Of a DNA stretch of 64,000 bases, positions 1 to 13,195 are shown piece after piece. Under the pieces are notes generated by a model that saw nothing but the letters and a program-made list of their open reading frames with translations, ran no database searches and was not told the DNA's origin. Within the stretch, counting starts at the first letter, position 1. Each line of letters starts with the position of its first letter. Source of the DNA: Octopus vulgaris (Eukaryota); NCBI GenBank assembly GCA_951406725.2, contig OX597817.1, positions 98,146,001-98,210,000 on the forward strand, in the 5' to 3' direction. The position numbers and the translations under genes were made by a program.

Positions 1-973
1 TGCGTAAGCTCATGAGGAATGAAGCCAGTATGCTCCGATGGATGTGTAATGTCAGTGCACTTACTCGACAGAGTGTTAGTTCCCTAAGAGAAATGTTGTA
101 CCTAAGAAGCATCAGTTGTTGCGTGCAAGAGAGACGATTGCGATGGTATGGTCATGTGGCGAGAATGGATGAAGATAGGTGTGTGAGAAAGTGCCAATCC
201 CTAGCAGTTGAGGGAACCCGTGGAAGAGGTAGACCCAGGAAAACCTGGGACGAGGTGGTGAAGCACGACCTTCGAACATTAGGTCTCACCATGGAAATGA
301 CCAGAGACCGAGACCTATGGAAGTATGCTGTGCGTGAGAAGACCCGGCAAGACTAGTGAAGCCATAACCCGTGGCCCCTACCTGGGACGTAGTCAGTCCG
401 CCTGTGCATACCTTCCTGCTTGTGACACTTGTGAAGACCTGTTGAGGCAAATCAAATCAAAGTCAAATCGAATCAAGTCAAACCAAATCAAAATAGATGA
501 ATATCAATGGAATTTGTATCCTTGTGGTACCAGTGCCGGTGGCACATAAGAAAACCATCCGAACGGGACCTGTAGCCAGTACCGCATCGACTGGCCTCCG
601 TGCTGTGGGCACGTAACAAACACCGTCCGAGCGTGGCCGTCTGCCAGCTTCGTCTGGCACCTGTGTCGGTGGCACATAAAAACACCATCCGAGCGTGGCC
701 GTCTGCCAGCCTCGTCTGGCACCTGTGTCGGTGGCACATAAAAACACCATCCGAGCGTGGCCGTTCACCAGCCTCGTCTGGCACCTGTGTCGGTGGCACA
801 TAAAATCACCCACTACACTCTCGGAGTGGTTGGCGTTAGGAAGGGCATCCAGCTGTAGAAACACTGCCAGATCTGACTGGCCTGGTGCAGCCTTCGGGCT
901 CCCCAGACCCCAGTTGAACCGTCCAACCCATGCTAGCATGGAAAGCGGACGTTAAACGATGATGATGATGATG
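1..973 (+). mobile_element. RTE-clade LINE, 3' end (RT C-terminus, modular 3' UTR, (GAT)n tail)
   Basis: ORF 12-356 has RRLRWYGHVARM...RGRGRPRKTW, typical of the RTE C-terminus; ends GGAAAGCGGACGTTAAAC(GAT)n; same family at 9951, 17266 and 44592. Confidence 0.92.
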
Positions 974-1218
974 GGGATCAGACAATAAGCATAACCCAGT
1001 GTCAACAGTGGTTCCAGAAATTCAGAGCCGGAAACTACAGCCTAGAAGATGAGAGCCTCATCCTGGAAGATCAGTAGAGCTCGACGATGACATCCTGCAA
1101 AATCCTGGTGGAACAAAATCCCATTGTAACTGTTGAGGAACTAGCAGAAAAGCTTGGATTTGGTCATTCAACCATTCATCAAAACCTGCGTGCCATCAGA
1201 AAAATCAGCAAATTGGAT
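974..1218 (+). pseudogene. Tc1/mariner transposase N-terminal HTH fragment (frameshifted)
   Basis: Reads QCQQWFQKFRAGNYSLEDE...GRSVELDDD...LVEQNPIVTVEELAEKLGFGHSTI, matching mariner WFxxFxxG-LEDxxRxGRP HTH motifs. Confidence 0.85.
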
Positions 1219-1219
1219 T

Positions 1220-2200
1220 ATGCGTTTTTCTTGTTTGTTTTTGCGTATGTGCGTGAGTCAGTGTGTGTATGTATGTGCACATACACATGTATGTATGTCT
1301 GTATGCATGCACGTTAGTGTGTGCATGCATTTTTCCATGTGTGTATTTGTATGTGTATATGTATGCATGTGTGTACGTTTGTATGTATTCTGCATATTCA
1401 TGTGTCTGTGGGTTTGCATGTATATATATACCTCTGTCTTCTTGTATGTGCATGTTTGAATGTGCCTGTGTGTGTATGGGTTTTTGTGACTATGTACTGT
1501 GTCTGTATGTATGGATGTGTATCTTCATATGTGTGGACGTGTCTTTGTTTCTTTGTGTGAAGAAGTGTGTATATATATGGTCATGTGTTTCAGTCTTCAT
1601 TTGTGTATGTGTGCTTGTCTGTTCATATAACCTATGTACCTATCTGTTTATTTTCATATCCATATGCCTAGGTACATGTGCATATACATACACACACACC
1701 TCTATCTACATAACAGCCCACTAACTATTCTACCTGTGCATAAATATAAACTGTGGGTATGGGGGTGTATATTTCCTATTTAGTACTGGGGGTGTTCCAT
1801 TTATGAGGACATACTCTTGTATTTGTCTGAGTGTTGGGTCCTTTGGGTGCTTGGATAAAATGCAGATGTCAAGTTGACCCAGGTTGCCTCTGTGTTGGTC
1901 CTTGGCATGTTGGTATAGTATGGAGGACTGTCTTTTGTTGTCATATTGTCTCAGATGTTCATTTAGTTGTTCTGCAATGCTCCTAGATGTTTCTCCTATG
2001 TATTTCATGTTCATGTCTTTACAAGCACCTTCTATGCATCTTATACTGTAGACTACATTTCAAGTCCTACAGTTAAATTCCAGGGCTAATCCCACATAGT
2101 TTTGATCTGATGGAGTTCCCTGCTTTTCAATAATCTTAATGTTGAGTTTGGTCTCCTTCAGTGCTTTGCTAAATATACGGGCTAGTTTTCCATGGGCTGT
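1220..2200 (-). mobile_element. Penelope-like element fragment (GIY-YIG endonuclease and CA-rich 3' region)
   Basis: ORF 1730-2014 KYIGETSRSIAEQLNEH...LYQH...RQIQEYVLI...LN; upstream VVYSIRC motif. Confidence 0.8.
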
Positions 2201-2259
2201 TAGAATATTTGAAAAAAGTTATATTAATGTGTCCAACTGATTAAAATTCTATTTATTTG

Positions 2260-2345
2260 TGCAGCTGATGATAGCTCTGCATTTAAACTGATGTAATGAT
2301 TGCATTGTTCAATTAAATGAAGCCACTTGAAACGGTCGTACTGCA
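2260..2345 (+). ncRNA. Type I hammerhead ribozyme (PLE-associated)
   Basis: TGCAG-CTGATGA-(long stem II region)-GAAACGGTCGT-A-CTGCA; stem I TGCAG/CTGCA; lies inverted at the 5' side of the PLE fragment. Confidence 0.65.
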
Positions 2346-4484
2346 TCACTTCTTGATATCCTGTTGGTTATTTTGATATATATATATACACATTAAGGTT
2401 ATGACTTATTCTACTTGTGATACAGGTTATGACTATTCATCAACTTGTGATACAGGTTATGACAATTTCCTGTATCACAAGTTGAAGAAAAATTTCATAT
2501 AAATAGGCAAAATAACCTTTATTTTAAATTAAAAAAAAAAAACATCATCCCCAACTGAAGAAATCTAACACCACTTTTGACCCAAATCATGCAAAATTCT
2601 AGCGGGGTTCATAATGCCTAGTCAAGTTTTTACCAAACTTGGTGTACTGACTTAATCTAATGCAGAAGCAGTATATCTCAAATTTAAGCTTTCAAGTTTA
2701 AGCAGTTTAGGTGTTATAGAGTTTTTAATTTGTTACCACTTAGGCCCTACTTTAGGAAATATCCTCTTCCTCTCCTTTTTACTTCTGTGACACTAAAAAC
2801 TGTGACTATATTAACTGTTTTTCAGAATAGTAAAGCTTATCCAACTAGAGTATCAAAAATAATGTCTCCTAAGAGAAGTACTTGAGTCACTCAAAGAAAC
2901 AAAAAAAATCTGGATGAAGAATCTCGTCCAATTTCAAAACTCATATAGGAAAAGAAGACCTGTTCCTCTAGAAGAGGATTCTTTGGAAAATAACGGCAGG
3001 ATACCAATGAAACTTAAAATTGTCAGTCATTACCTGTTCCTTGGAGGTACCATCAAAGGAAGGAAAGAAAGAACGAAGGAAATTTCGAAAGATGTACATT
3101 TCCCATATTTACCAATTCAAAATGTACAAGCAAAAGTAGAAAAAGTGCTGAATACCTACAATAAATGTGTAAAACAAGGAAAATATGATTCATTGAAAGG
3201 AATTTTTGACATCACAAGAGAAAACAGTGAATGGCTGTGCAGTGAGGATAGAAAGTTATATTATCTTCAAATTGAAAGCAAAGGATGGGTTGGATATGAA
3301 ACTGGAAAGGCAGGCAGTTCAGGTAGTTTCAAAACTATCATCCATCTAAAAGAAGGAGAGTGTCCTTAATGCCAACTTCAACCAGATCAACTCCAGTGTC
3401 ATCATCAATGTCTGAAGCAAAGACTAAAAGTGAATATCAAGAGTCTGAAAAATCAGATGAAGAATCCATACAAACAAGGAGGAAGTGTAGCAAAACTGAA
3501 ACTGCAACCAAGTTTGTAATATCTTCCAAGCTATCAACCCAAAAAGCAGCAACAGTTTGTCGACAAACTATGATATGTTGATGACACCTTTATACTCTGG
3601 CCCCACCAGGAAGATGTCCAAGTGCTGTTAGATCATGCAAACTCAATAAAGCCATCCATACAGTTCACAATGGAAAAGGAAACAGACAATCAGCTAGCAT
3701 TCCTGGACATATTAATAGCACGTACCAAGTATGGATTCACAACATCCGTATACCGCAAGCTGACCTTTACTGAACGATACCTCAACTTCAATTCCCACCA
3801 TCCTTACAGTGTAAAGAGAGGGATTGCTCAGTGCCTAAAACATTGTGCAAAGAATATAAGTAGCAATCATGATACACACCACGAAGAAATGATCAAGCTC
3901 AATAACGATCTGTTAAGCAACAACTACCCCAAAAGTATACTATCCACTCCAATTATGAAGAAGTGAGGGGATGAGGCCAATAAACTGTCCACAGTCTGTC
4001 TACCCAATGTGAAAGGCCTCTCCGGAAAGACACAAAAGATATGTGGCCCATATGACATCAGGGCAGTATTCAGGAGTAATACACTTTGCAAATATCTCCT
4101 TCGAGTAAAACCACCAATAGAAGAGAATATGACCGAAAACTGCATATACTCCATTCCATGCAGCTGTGGTAGGTTATAGAAAGGCGAAACATGCCGCCCC
4201 CTCAAAACAAGGTTAGACGAACATCGCAAAGCTGTGACACGAGGAGATATTGATAAATTGGGTATAGCTGATCATGTATGGAAAATGGAGATCACCTCCC
4301 CCTGTAGGATGAAGTTAAAATAATAGACAGAGAACACCACTGGAAAATATGAAAACTAAAAGAAGCAGCACATAAGCTAGGACACAACAACCTCCTAAAC
4401 AGACCGAGTGCAGATATAAGCAGCATATGGGAACCAGTATTAAGGAAGGATAGAAAAATATTATTCACTCCATAATTGCCCACA

Positions 4485-4556
4485 GGTATATGGTGTAGTG
4501 GTTAAGAGCGCAGGATACTAACCCCAAGATTCCGAGTTTGATTCCAAGCAGTGACC
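4485..4556 (+). promoter_or_regulatory. tRNA-like segment with Pol III A/B boxes inside the PLE 3' region
   Basis: A box TGGTGTAGTGG (4491-4501), B-box-like GTTTGATTCC (4536-4545), tRNA-like spacing. Confidence 0.7.
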
Positions 4557-4586
4557 TGAACAATAATAATATCGAAATTTCCCCAA

Positions 4587-4632
4587 AACACCTGAAGAAG
4601 GCTGGAGGGTATATCAGCCGAAACATTGTATT
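4587..4632 (+). ncRNA. Minimal hammerhead ribozyme (PLE type, partly mutated)
   Basis: ACAC-CTGAAGA-A-GGCTG...CAGCC-GAAAC; stem II GGCTG/CAGCC. Confidence 0.65.
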
Positions 4633-5189
4633 AACAACACACAAGATGAGGACAAATATCCATTGAATGTAAATAATGTATATTAATTCTTTGTTGCTTA
4701 AAAATTTGCTAACATTCAGTACCCTTTTTCATATACACTTATTTAAAATTGGAATTAAACTTATAAAGTTAAAAATATGTATTGTTTTTAATTTTTGAAT
4801 TTATCGAATGCTTGTAGTGGCCTCTGTCTTAAAATAGCCTAGTTTTGAACCTTTGCATAGAGCAATTACAATTCAGTAATCTTTAAAATGTATAAATACA
4901 CTTTTATAATCTCTTGTGTTTACAAGGATTAAGGAATACCAAAATATGAATCTATTGCCACCTAGTGATTATAGTTTAAAAAGCTCTGAAACTACTTCAA
5001 CTGGAAAGTTGAAATTTCAGGTATACTATTTCTGCATTTGTAAGAACTTGAGCTGGCATTATGAACCCTGCTAGAATTTTGCCTGATTTGGGTCAAAAGA
5101 TGTGATTGTGATGTTTTTTTCAAATAAAGCAAAATAAATCTTAGTTTCCTGACTCTTATGAAATTACAGTTCTTTATGTAAGAGATGAG

Positions 5190-5454
5190 GAATTATGTAC
5201 ATTATTTACATTTGACTGATATTTGTCCTTATCTTGTTTGTTGTTAACACAACGTTTCGGCTGATATGCCCTCCAGTATTCATCAGGTGTCTTGGGGACA
5301 TTTCAAACTTGAGTTCTCATTCCTAAGGTATTTTTCAATGTTGTTGTTGTTATTATTATTCAGGTCACTGCTTGGAAACGATCTCAGAGTCTTGGGGTTA
5401 GTAGCCAAGCGCTCTTAACCACTATGTCATATGCCCGTGGGCATATGGCATAGT
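5190..5454 (-). mobile_element. Stand-alone tRNA-head + hammerhead + PLE-tail module (SINE-like) with short 5' foldback
   Basis: Reverse complement matches 4478-4682; hammerhead GACAC-CTGATGA...GAAACGT-T-GTGTT at 5246-5291; palindrome 5421-5454. Confidence 0.75.
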
Positions 5455-5534
5455 CTTCTTTCAGTTTCCATGTATGAAATACACACATACAAGGCTTTAG
5501 TTGGCCTGAGGCTATAATATATATATGTCCATAT

Positions 5535-7040
<1,506 letters not shown>

Positions 7041-7044
7041 AATT

Positions 7045-7192
7045 ATCATCATCATCGTTTAATGTTCACTTTCCATGCTAGCATGGGTTGGACATTTGAC
7101 TGAGGGCTGGCGAACCAGATGGCTGCACCAGGCTCCAATCTTGATCTGGCAGAGTTTCTACAGGTGGATGCCCTTCCTAACGCCAACCACTC
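7045..7192 (-). mobile_element. RTE 3'-tail fragment
   Basis: (CAT)n CGTTTAA..TTCCATGCTAGCATGGGTTGGAC...GGATGCCCTTCCTAACGCCAACCAC, the reverse complement of the RTE tail. Confidence 0.85.
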
Positions 7193-7766
7193 TGATAATT
7201 TGCAGAACTGTACCCGCGTTTTCTTTCAGGTGAACATTTCTGTGTATAGTTCTGTGAAATAAGTTTTGTAATGCGACAGACTACACTGAAGAATTGCAGA
7301 TATTTGCATTTTGCATTATGCAAGTGTTAACAACGAAATTATGATACTTAGTTAATCATTTTATTTTGTATATTTTCATTTGCCTTGCTCATTTTTACAT
7401 TCTGGCATTTTTGCTGAGATTTTTCTTGAGGACACACATTTCGTGGTAAGGCAATTTGATGTCTATTTTTAGCATGAAAGGAATCCACTTTCATGGTCAT
7501 TCCTCTTATTAATTGTAATATAATTTTTAAATTTTTGGATTTTTAAAAATATGATAGACCACTGGTTTAAATTGATGTTAATTGATTGATATTAATTTCT
7601 ACTCTCATTATTTAATTTAAAATAGCAATGTTCTCTAACCAATAAATTAGCTGTGGTAATTTATTATTTGTGGGTTATTTCCAGCTTCAGCGTGCCAAAA
7701 TGAAGACATTTGAAAGATACCTCCAAATATAATTCCTGTTATTAATTGTAATATCCATAAATTGGA

Positions 7767-7826
7767 GCAATCTCGAGTATAACTAGCTGAAATTGCGAAG
7801 ATAATCTGGAACTCAACTGAGGAAAG
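7767..7826 (+). ncRNA. Permuted hammerhead-like motif (degenerate copy)
   Basis: GCAAT-C-TCGAGT ataa CTAGCT-GAA-ATTGC ...ACTCAA-CTGAGGA; stem III GCAAT/ATTGC, stem I TCGAGT/ACTCAA; stem II poorly paired. Confidence 0.5.
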
Positions 7827-8519
7827 AAAACTCTGAATGACCCATCCTTGTTTTCTTTGTATCATCTGTGTGGATGTTTTATTGTCCCCTTTTTGTACCA
7901 TCTAACTGTCTGGATGTTTTGCGTTCTTGTCCCATTTTTGTATTTTTTATATATAAAAATATAGCAGTGTATGTACACTTTGGTCTCTTATATGTAAGTA
8001 TATATATCTAAATTTTGTACGACTCTATTATTCTTTCATTCTTTCCTTCTTTCTATCAGCCTTTTCCCACTTACTTCATTTATTCCACTCTTCGTTCTCC
8101 CTCTCTCACATTTCCTGGCCTTCTCTTCATGCTCACTTTCCCTCCTCTTTTACTTCACTATGTCCCTTTCATTTTTTTCTCACCCCTCCTTAACTCTTCT
8201 ATTCCTCTGCCCCTACCTCTCTCTTTTCTCTCTCCACATGACCAGTGTTCAGCTAAGCCTGACCTTTCTTTTTTGGTTCAACTACCATCAGCTATAATTG
8301 TCTTTTTTTTTTAAATAAATAGACATAATATAATGTCTAAAAGTTGATGAATACCACCTCTTGGTCCCCTCCATTTTCTTATTGCTATATAAATTAAGGG
8401 TAAAATAACTTTTTACCCTCACCCATTTATTACACTCGGTAATGTAATTGCCATGCAATGGAAAACACTTGTGTATTAATAATTGGGTATTCTACCAGCA
8501 GTATATTGGATAGATATTA

Positions 8520-8665
8520 TCATTTGAGTGTGGCCATGCTGAAGTACCACCTTTTACTTGAAGAAGTTGAACCCTGGACTTATTCTTTGTAAGTCTGGTG
8601 CTTATTCTATCAATAACTTCTGCTGAACTGCTAAGTTACAGGGACATAAACACACCAGCATTAGG
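8520..8665 (-). mobile_element. SINE 3' fragment
   Basis: Reverse complement ends GGTGGTACTTCAGCATGGCCACACTCAAATG, the same tail as 23891-23940. Confidence 0.6.
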
Positions 8666-8699
8666 GAACAAACACAAACAAAAATATACACAAATATAT

Positions 8700-9540
8700 A
8701 TGTAGGTATGTATTAGAAGAAATGAAGTACTCAGAAAATCGGATGGTTTATATTTACAGATATTTATTTGTATATTACATTTTTTATACATCATATAACT
8801 TAGATCATGTATTAACACTTACTCCCATTCTAGTGGGGTTTTCAAATCAAACTAAGTTCCTGTGTGAAAAGTTTTGACCATTTTATAGTGGTATTGAGTT
8901 TGTAGTGGCGGGGAGGAATATAAGACAGTACAAGGGGGTGATGGATGAGGAGAAAGTGAGAGAGAGAGAGCATGTGTGTGTATGTGTTTTTGTATTTGGA
9001 ATGAGTGCTAAAGAAAAAGAGGGGAAGGGAGAGGGAAGAAGATAAGAATTTTTTTGCTCTGCTTGACAGGATGCTTACTCCAAGGGGGATCTAAGATCTT
9101 TGGGAAAAAGAATTTCAGTTTTGACCATTTCATAGTGTTATTGAGTGTGGTGGCGGGGATGTAGACCATAAATTATATTTCTTTTTATCATTGTGAGAGT
9201 GTGTGTTTAATGAGGGATGGTCAAATGGCTTTTTGGGTTTAGGGAAGAAGAATTCTTTTTATGATTGTTTTGTGGAGGTGTGGGTGTCTGTGAGTTTGGA
9301 GAAGGGAAGAGAGGAGAAAAGGAAAAAGAAAAAAAAAGAGGAAGGAGAAATAATTGTGTTGATATTTATACCACTATATATATATATACATACATATACA
9401 TAAAATATTAGAAAAAACCACCTTTTATCAATTCAAAATGAATAATTAAATTACACCATCATAGAAAAGTTAAAATTAAAATGACAATTAAAAAGTAAAG
9501 ATTAAGTAAATTACAAAAATAATATAATGTATATAATAGG
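8700..9540. repeat. Dispersed repeat; inverted paralog at ~48280-49230
   Basis: Shared blocks such as GAAATGAAGTACTCAGAA, TAGTGGGGTTTTCAAATCAAACTAAGTTCCTGTG and AAAAGTTAAAATTAAAATGACAATTAAAAAG. Confidence 0.75.
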
Positions 9541-9541
9541 A

Positions 9542-9940
9542 CTAGCAGTATCGCCCGGCGTTGCTCGGGTTTGTAAGGGAAATAACTATATAAGCATTTT
9601 TAGAGAGTTATAGCCAAAAAAATAGCAAAAAAATGCATTAAAAATGGAAAAAAAATGATGGTAAATTTTTTTTTTAATCGTTGACTCATTGTAGACATTT
9701 TTAGAGAGTTACTTCCTTATATAATAGCAAAAAAATGCATTAAAATGGGAAAAAATGATGGTAATTTTTTTTTTTTAATCGTAGACTCATCGTAGATGCG
9801 TGCTAATACCCAGAAGGGCTCGATATGAATCACGACTATAAGATACCCGGTTTTGGTTAAACTGCACCGCAAAATGTGGGAGTAGTTAGGAATCTAAATC
9901 GTAGGAGACAGACACACAACCTCTCTTTTATATATAAAGA
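9542..9940 (-). mobile_element. Non-autonomous Helitron
   Basis: Minus strand: 5' TC, 3' hairpin CCCGAGCAACGCCGGG followed by CTAG, inserted between A and T with no TSD; internal ~110 bp duplication. Confidence 0.8.
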
Positions 9941-9950
9941 TATGCGTCGC

Positions 9951-10815
9951 AAGAAATGAAGTCAGTATGCTCCGATGGATGTGTAATGTCAGTGTTCATA
10001 CTCGACAGAGTGTAAGTACCTTGAGAGAAAAGTTGGACCTAAGAAGCATCAGTTGTGTGCAAGAGAGACGTTTGCGCTGGTATGGTCATGTGATGAGAAT
10101 GGCTGAAGATAATTGTGTGCAAAAGTGCCACACCCTAGCGGTTGAGGGAACCTGTGGAAGAGGTAGACCCAGGAAAACCTGGGACGAGGTGGTGAAGCAC
10201 AACCTTCGAACTTTAGGTCTCACCAAGGAAATGACTAGAGACCGAGACCTATGGAAGTATGCTGTGCGTGAGAAGACCCGGCAAGACTAGTGAGACCATA
10301 ACCCGTGGCCTCTACCTGGTATGTAGCCAGTCGACTTATACATACCTTTCCTTCTTGGGACACAAAACTCCATTTGTGAAGACCCGTTGAGGCAAGTAAA
10401 AATCAAATCAAATCAAAACAGATATCAGAAAGCAGAACCAAAATCGAAGTCGATCAACATCAATGGAAATTGCAGCTGTGACACCAGTGCCGGTGACAAG
10501 TAAGCGAACCATCCGATCGTGGCCGTTGCCAGCACCGCCCCAACTGGCTACCGTGCCGGTGGCACGTAAAAAGCACCATCCCTTCGTGGCCGTTGTGAGC
10601 CTCGCCTGGCCCCTGTGCCGGTGGCACGTAAAAAGCACCATCCGTCCATGGCCGTTTGCCAGCCCCGTCTGGCACCTGTGCGGGTGGCACGTAAAAGCAC
10701 CCACTACACTCACGGAGTGGTTGGCGTTAGGAAGGGCATCCAGCCGTAGTAACACTGCCAGTTCAGACTGGGCCTGATGCAGCCTTCTGGCTTCACAGAC
10801 CCCAGTTGAACCGTC
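9951..10815 (+). mobile_element. RTE LINE 3' fragment lacking its tail
   Basis: ORF 9967-10290 is nearly identical to 12-356; the 3' UTR stops at GTTGAACCGTC. Confidence 0.9.
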
Positions 10816-12352
10816 TGGTTCTGAATGTTCTTAGGATCCATCCAGCCAGTCGTCTGCACTTTGTCACCATCCTCGTAATGTGCACTTGGAAAGAGGTATC
10901 ATCACTCATGTTGATACCCAGGTCCCTCACAGACTTAGGCTCTGAGATTGAAATTCCCTGTGGACCAGTGTATCCTGTAAGTTTAATATTCAGTTTTGGA
11001 TGCTGGTAGCACAGGGCCTGGAATTTTTCAGCATTAAACTGCATATTATTATCCTCAGCCCATCTGTAGATTGAGTCCAACTCCTGCTGCAGGTGTGCAA
11101 CATCGCTGGGGTTCTGTATTTTCTGCGAGACTTTCATATCCTCTGCATAGCTTGCCAGAGTGGCTATCTGGGCATTTGAGGGCATATCTGAGAGGGCCAC
11201 TATAAAAAGGAGTGGTCCCAAGACAGTGCCCTGTGAAACACCACTCACTATTTGTGTGTTCATAGAGGTGGCTCCATTAACCACTACTGCCTGACTCCTA
11301 TTTTTCAGGAAGTCATGTAACCACACTCCAAGTTTTCCAGCTATGCCGAGGTCACACAGTTTGTGGCGTATCATACCATGATCCACCTTGTCAAAAGCTT
11401 TTGCAAAATCAAGGTAGATTACGTCCACATTTGATTTGTTGAATAACTGCCTCAACACCCAGTCATAATGTTGTAAGAGCTGGGTCAGGCAGCTCCTACC
11501 TGGTCGAAAACCATGCTGGGTATCACTCAGCAAGTTATTTTCCTCAAGGAATGCGATTAGTTTCTTTCTGACTATCCGTTCCATGACTTTGCTGATGTGT
11601 GAAGTCAGAGAGATAGGCCTATAGCTTTTGGCATCTGCTCTACTTCCCCCTTTATGTATTGGGCATATTATTCCCTCCTTCAGCTTGCTTGGCAGTTTGC
11701 CATTCGCAAGAAAGCTCTGGAAGAGAATCTTGAGGGGTCTTGCCAGGGCATGCTTACACGCTTTGAGGAGGATTGCTGGGAAACCATTTGGACCAGCAGT
11801 TGAGTTTGTGTCCACTTCATCTATGGCTAGTAGGACATCTTCTTCGCTAATGTCAATACATTCTATTGTAACTGCCTCGCTGGTTATAGGTGAGACGGCA
11901 AAGAAGTCCACTGGTTTGTTCACTTGTCTGTGTTCCAACGGGGTGGTAAAGACACTTTTGAACAGGTCATTCAGCATCTCACTGATCTTAGTTGGACTGT
12001 CTGTGAGGGAGCCATCTTTTTGGAGGAGGGGTCCTATCTTGTAGTGCACTGAGACTGTTTCTTTCGTGTAATGAAAGAAGGCCTTTGGGTTTGATTTAAT
12101 GTTTTTTATAACCCAGGCTTCTTTGTCTGCTTTCTCCCTCACATAGGATTGTTGCAGCCTTTTTTTTTTGATCTCCATCAGTGTTGTTTTTAGGCGGGAC
12201 GTTTCGCTACTTTTGGGATGTTGGTTGAGACGATTTGCAACCTTCGTCCGTTGTTTCATGAGGATCTTCCTGTCTCTTGGAATCTTGCTCCTATTTGTTT
12301 TGGCCTTGTGCTCTGGGACATATTTCTGGCATACGGCTTGCACAGAAGACAT
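10812..12352 (-). pseudogene. Non-LTR reverse transcriptase domain (catalytic YADD changed to YAED)
   Basis: ORF 10793-12352 RT motifs. Confidence 0.88.
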
Positions 12353-13195
12353 GAAACATTCTAGTTTCGTGTCAATGTCTGGTGTGGAGAGACATTCCAG
12401 CCAGTCCTCTCTGAGGATCTCTTTTTGGATCGATTTCCAATCTGCTTTGTGGAAGTTCAGATTGGAGATATTTCAGGTGCTTCCTTTTGGCTGTATGCCT
12501 CTGGTTACTTTTGGCCCAAACATAGACAGATCTATTATGTTGTGATCCAAAACTAATGTCAATGTCACTTTCACATCATGAATGATGTCCATATTGTTCA
12601 GGAAGCAGAGATCCAGAATGTTATTTGCCCTAGTTGGTTTGAGTACAACTTGCTCCATGAATAAGGCATTGGTGAGGTTGAGCAGGGACTCCACCTGTAC
12701 TTGCTTCCTGAGAGTTTGAGACCTTCGGGCCATTTGACGTTAGGGAAGTTAAAATCACCCATAAGAAATATGGTCACGTGGTGTTCCAGATTCATGAGGA
12801 TTTCTTTAATTTTTGTGAGGCAGTCTTCAAACTTTGGGGCATCCGGTGGGCAATATGTATTACATATGACTATATTATGTTGTCTTAAGTATACAATTAA
12901 AGTGTCACATACCGAATTTGAGTATGTCATTAAGACCTGGGGTGTGAGGTCATCTCAGATGTATACAGCAACTCCACCATGGCTCCTTTCCCTTCTGTCT
13001 GTTCGCAGTATGGCATAGTTTGGTATGTGTACTTCTGCGTCCTCTATATCAGGGATGAGGTGAGTTTCCACGAGTGCTATGCATAGGGCTTGATTGCATG
13101 CAGTAAGATCTCTCAGGAAAGAAATTTTGTTTCTATTTTGATGCAACAGGCCCCCAATATTTAGTAAAAGTATTGGGGTGACGGCTGTGCAGGCA

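Larger units (their letters stand above)
3571..4682 (+). mobile_element. Penelope-like element, 5'-truncated (RT C-terminal half, GIY-YIG, 3' module with tRNA-like head and hammerhead)
   Basis: YVDDTF, IQFTMEKE..LAFLD, YLNFNSHHP, CIYSIPCSCG..GET.RPLKTRLDEH; stops and frameshifts present; close paralog at 62320-63460 (-). Confidence 0.9.
2574..5099 (+). mobile_element. Degenerate TIR DNA transposon with transposase-like remnant, interrupted by a PLE
   Basis: ~60 bp inverted repeats at 2574-2632 and 5041-5099 (CTTTTGACCCAAATCA.GCAAAATTCTAGC.GGGTTCATAATGCC); ORF remnant 2914-3560 (IFDIT..WLCSEDRKLY) reminiscent of hAT-like transposase N-termini. Confidence 0.6.

Noticed and set aside
4485-4556. 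Functional tRNA gene
   Set aside because: Acceptor and T stems are degenerate and the segment is embedded in a repeated mobile element; the same applies to 22061 and 23722
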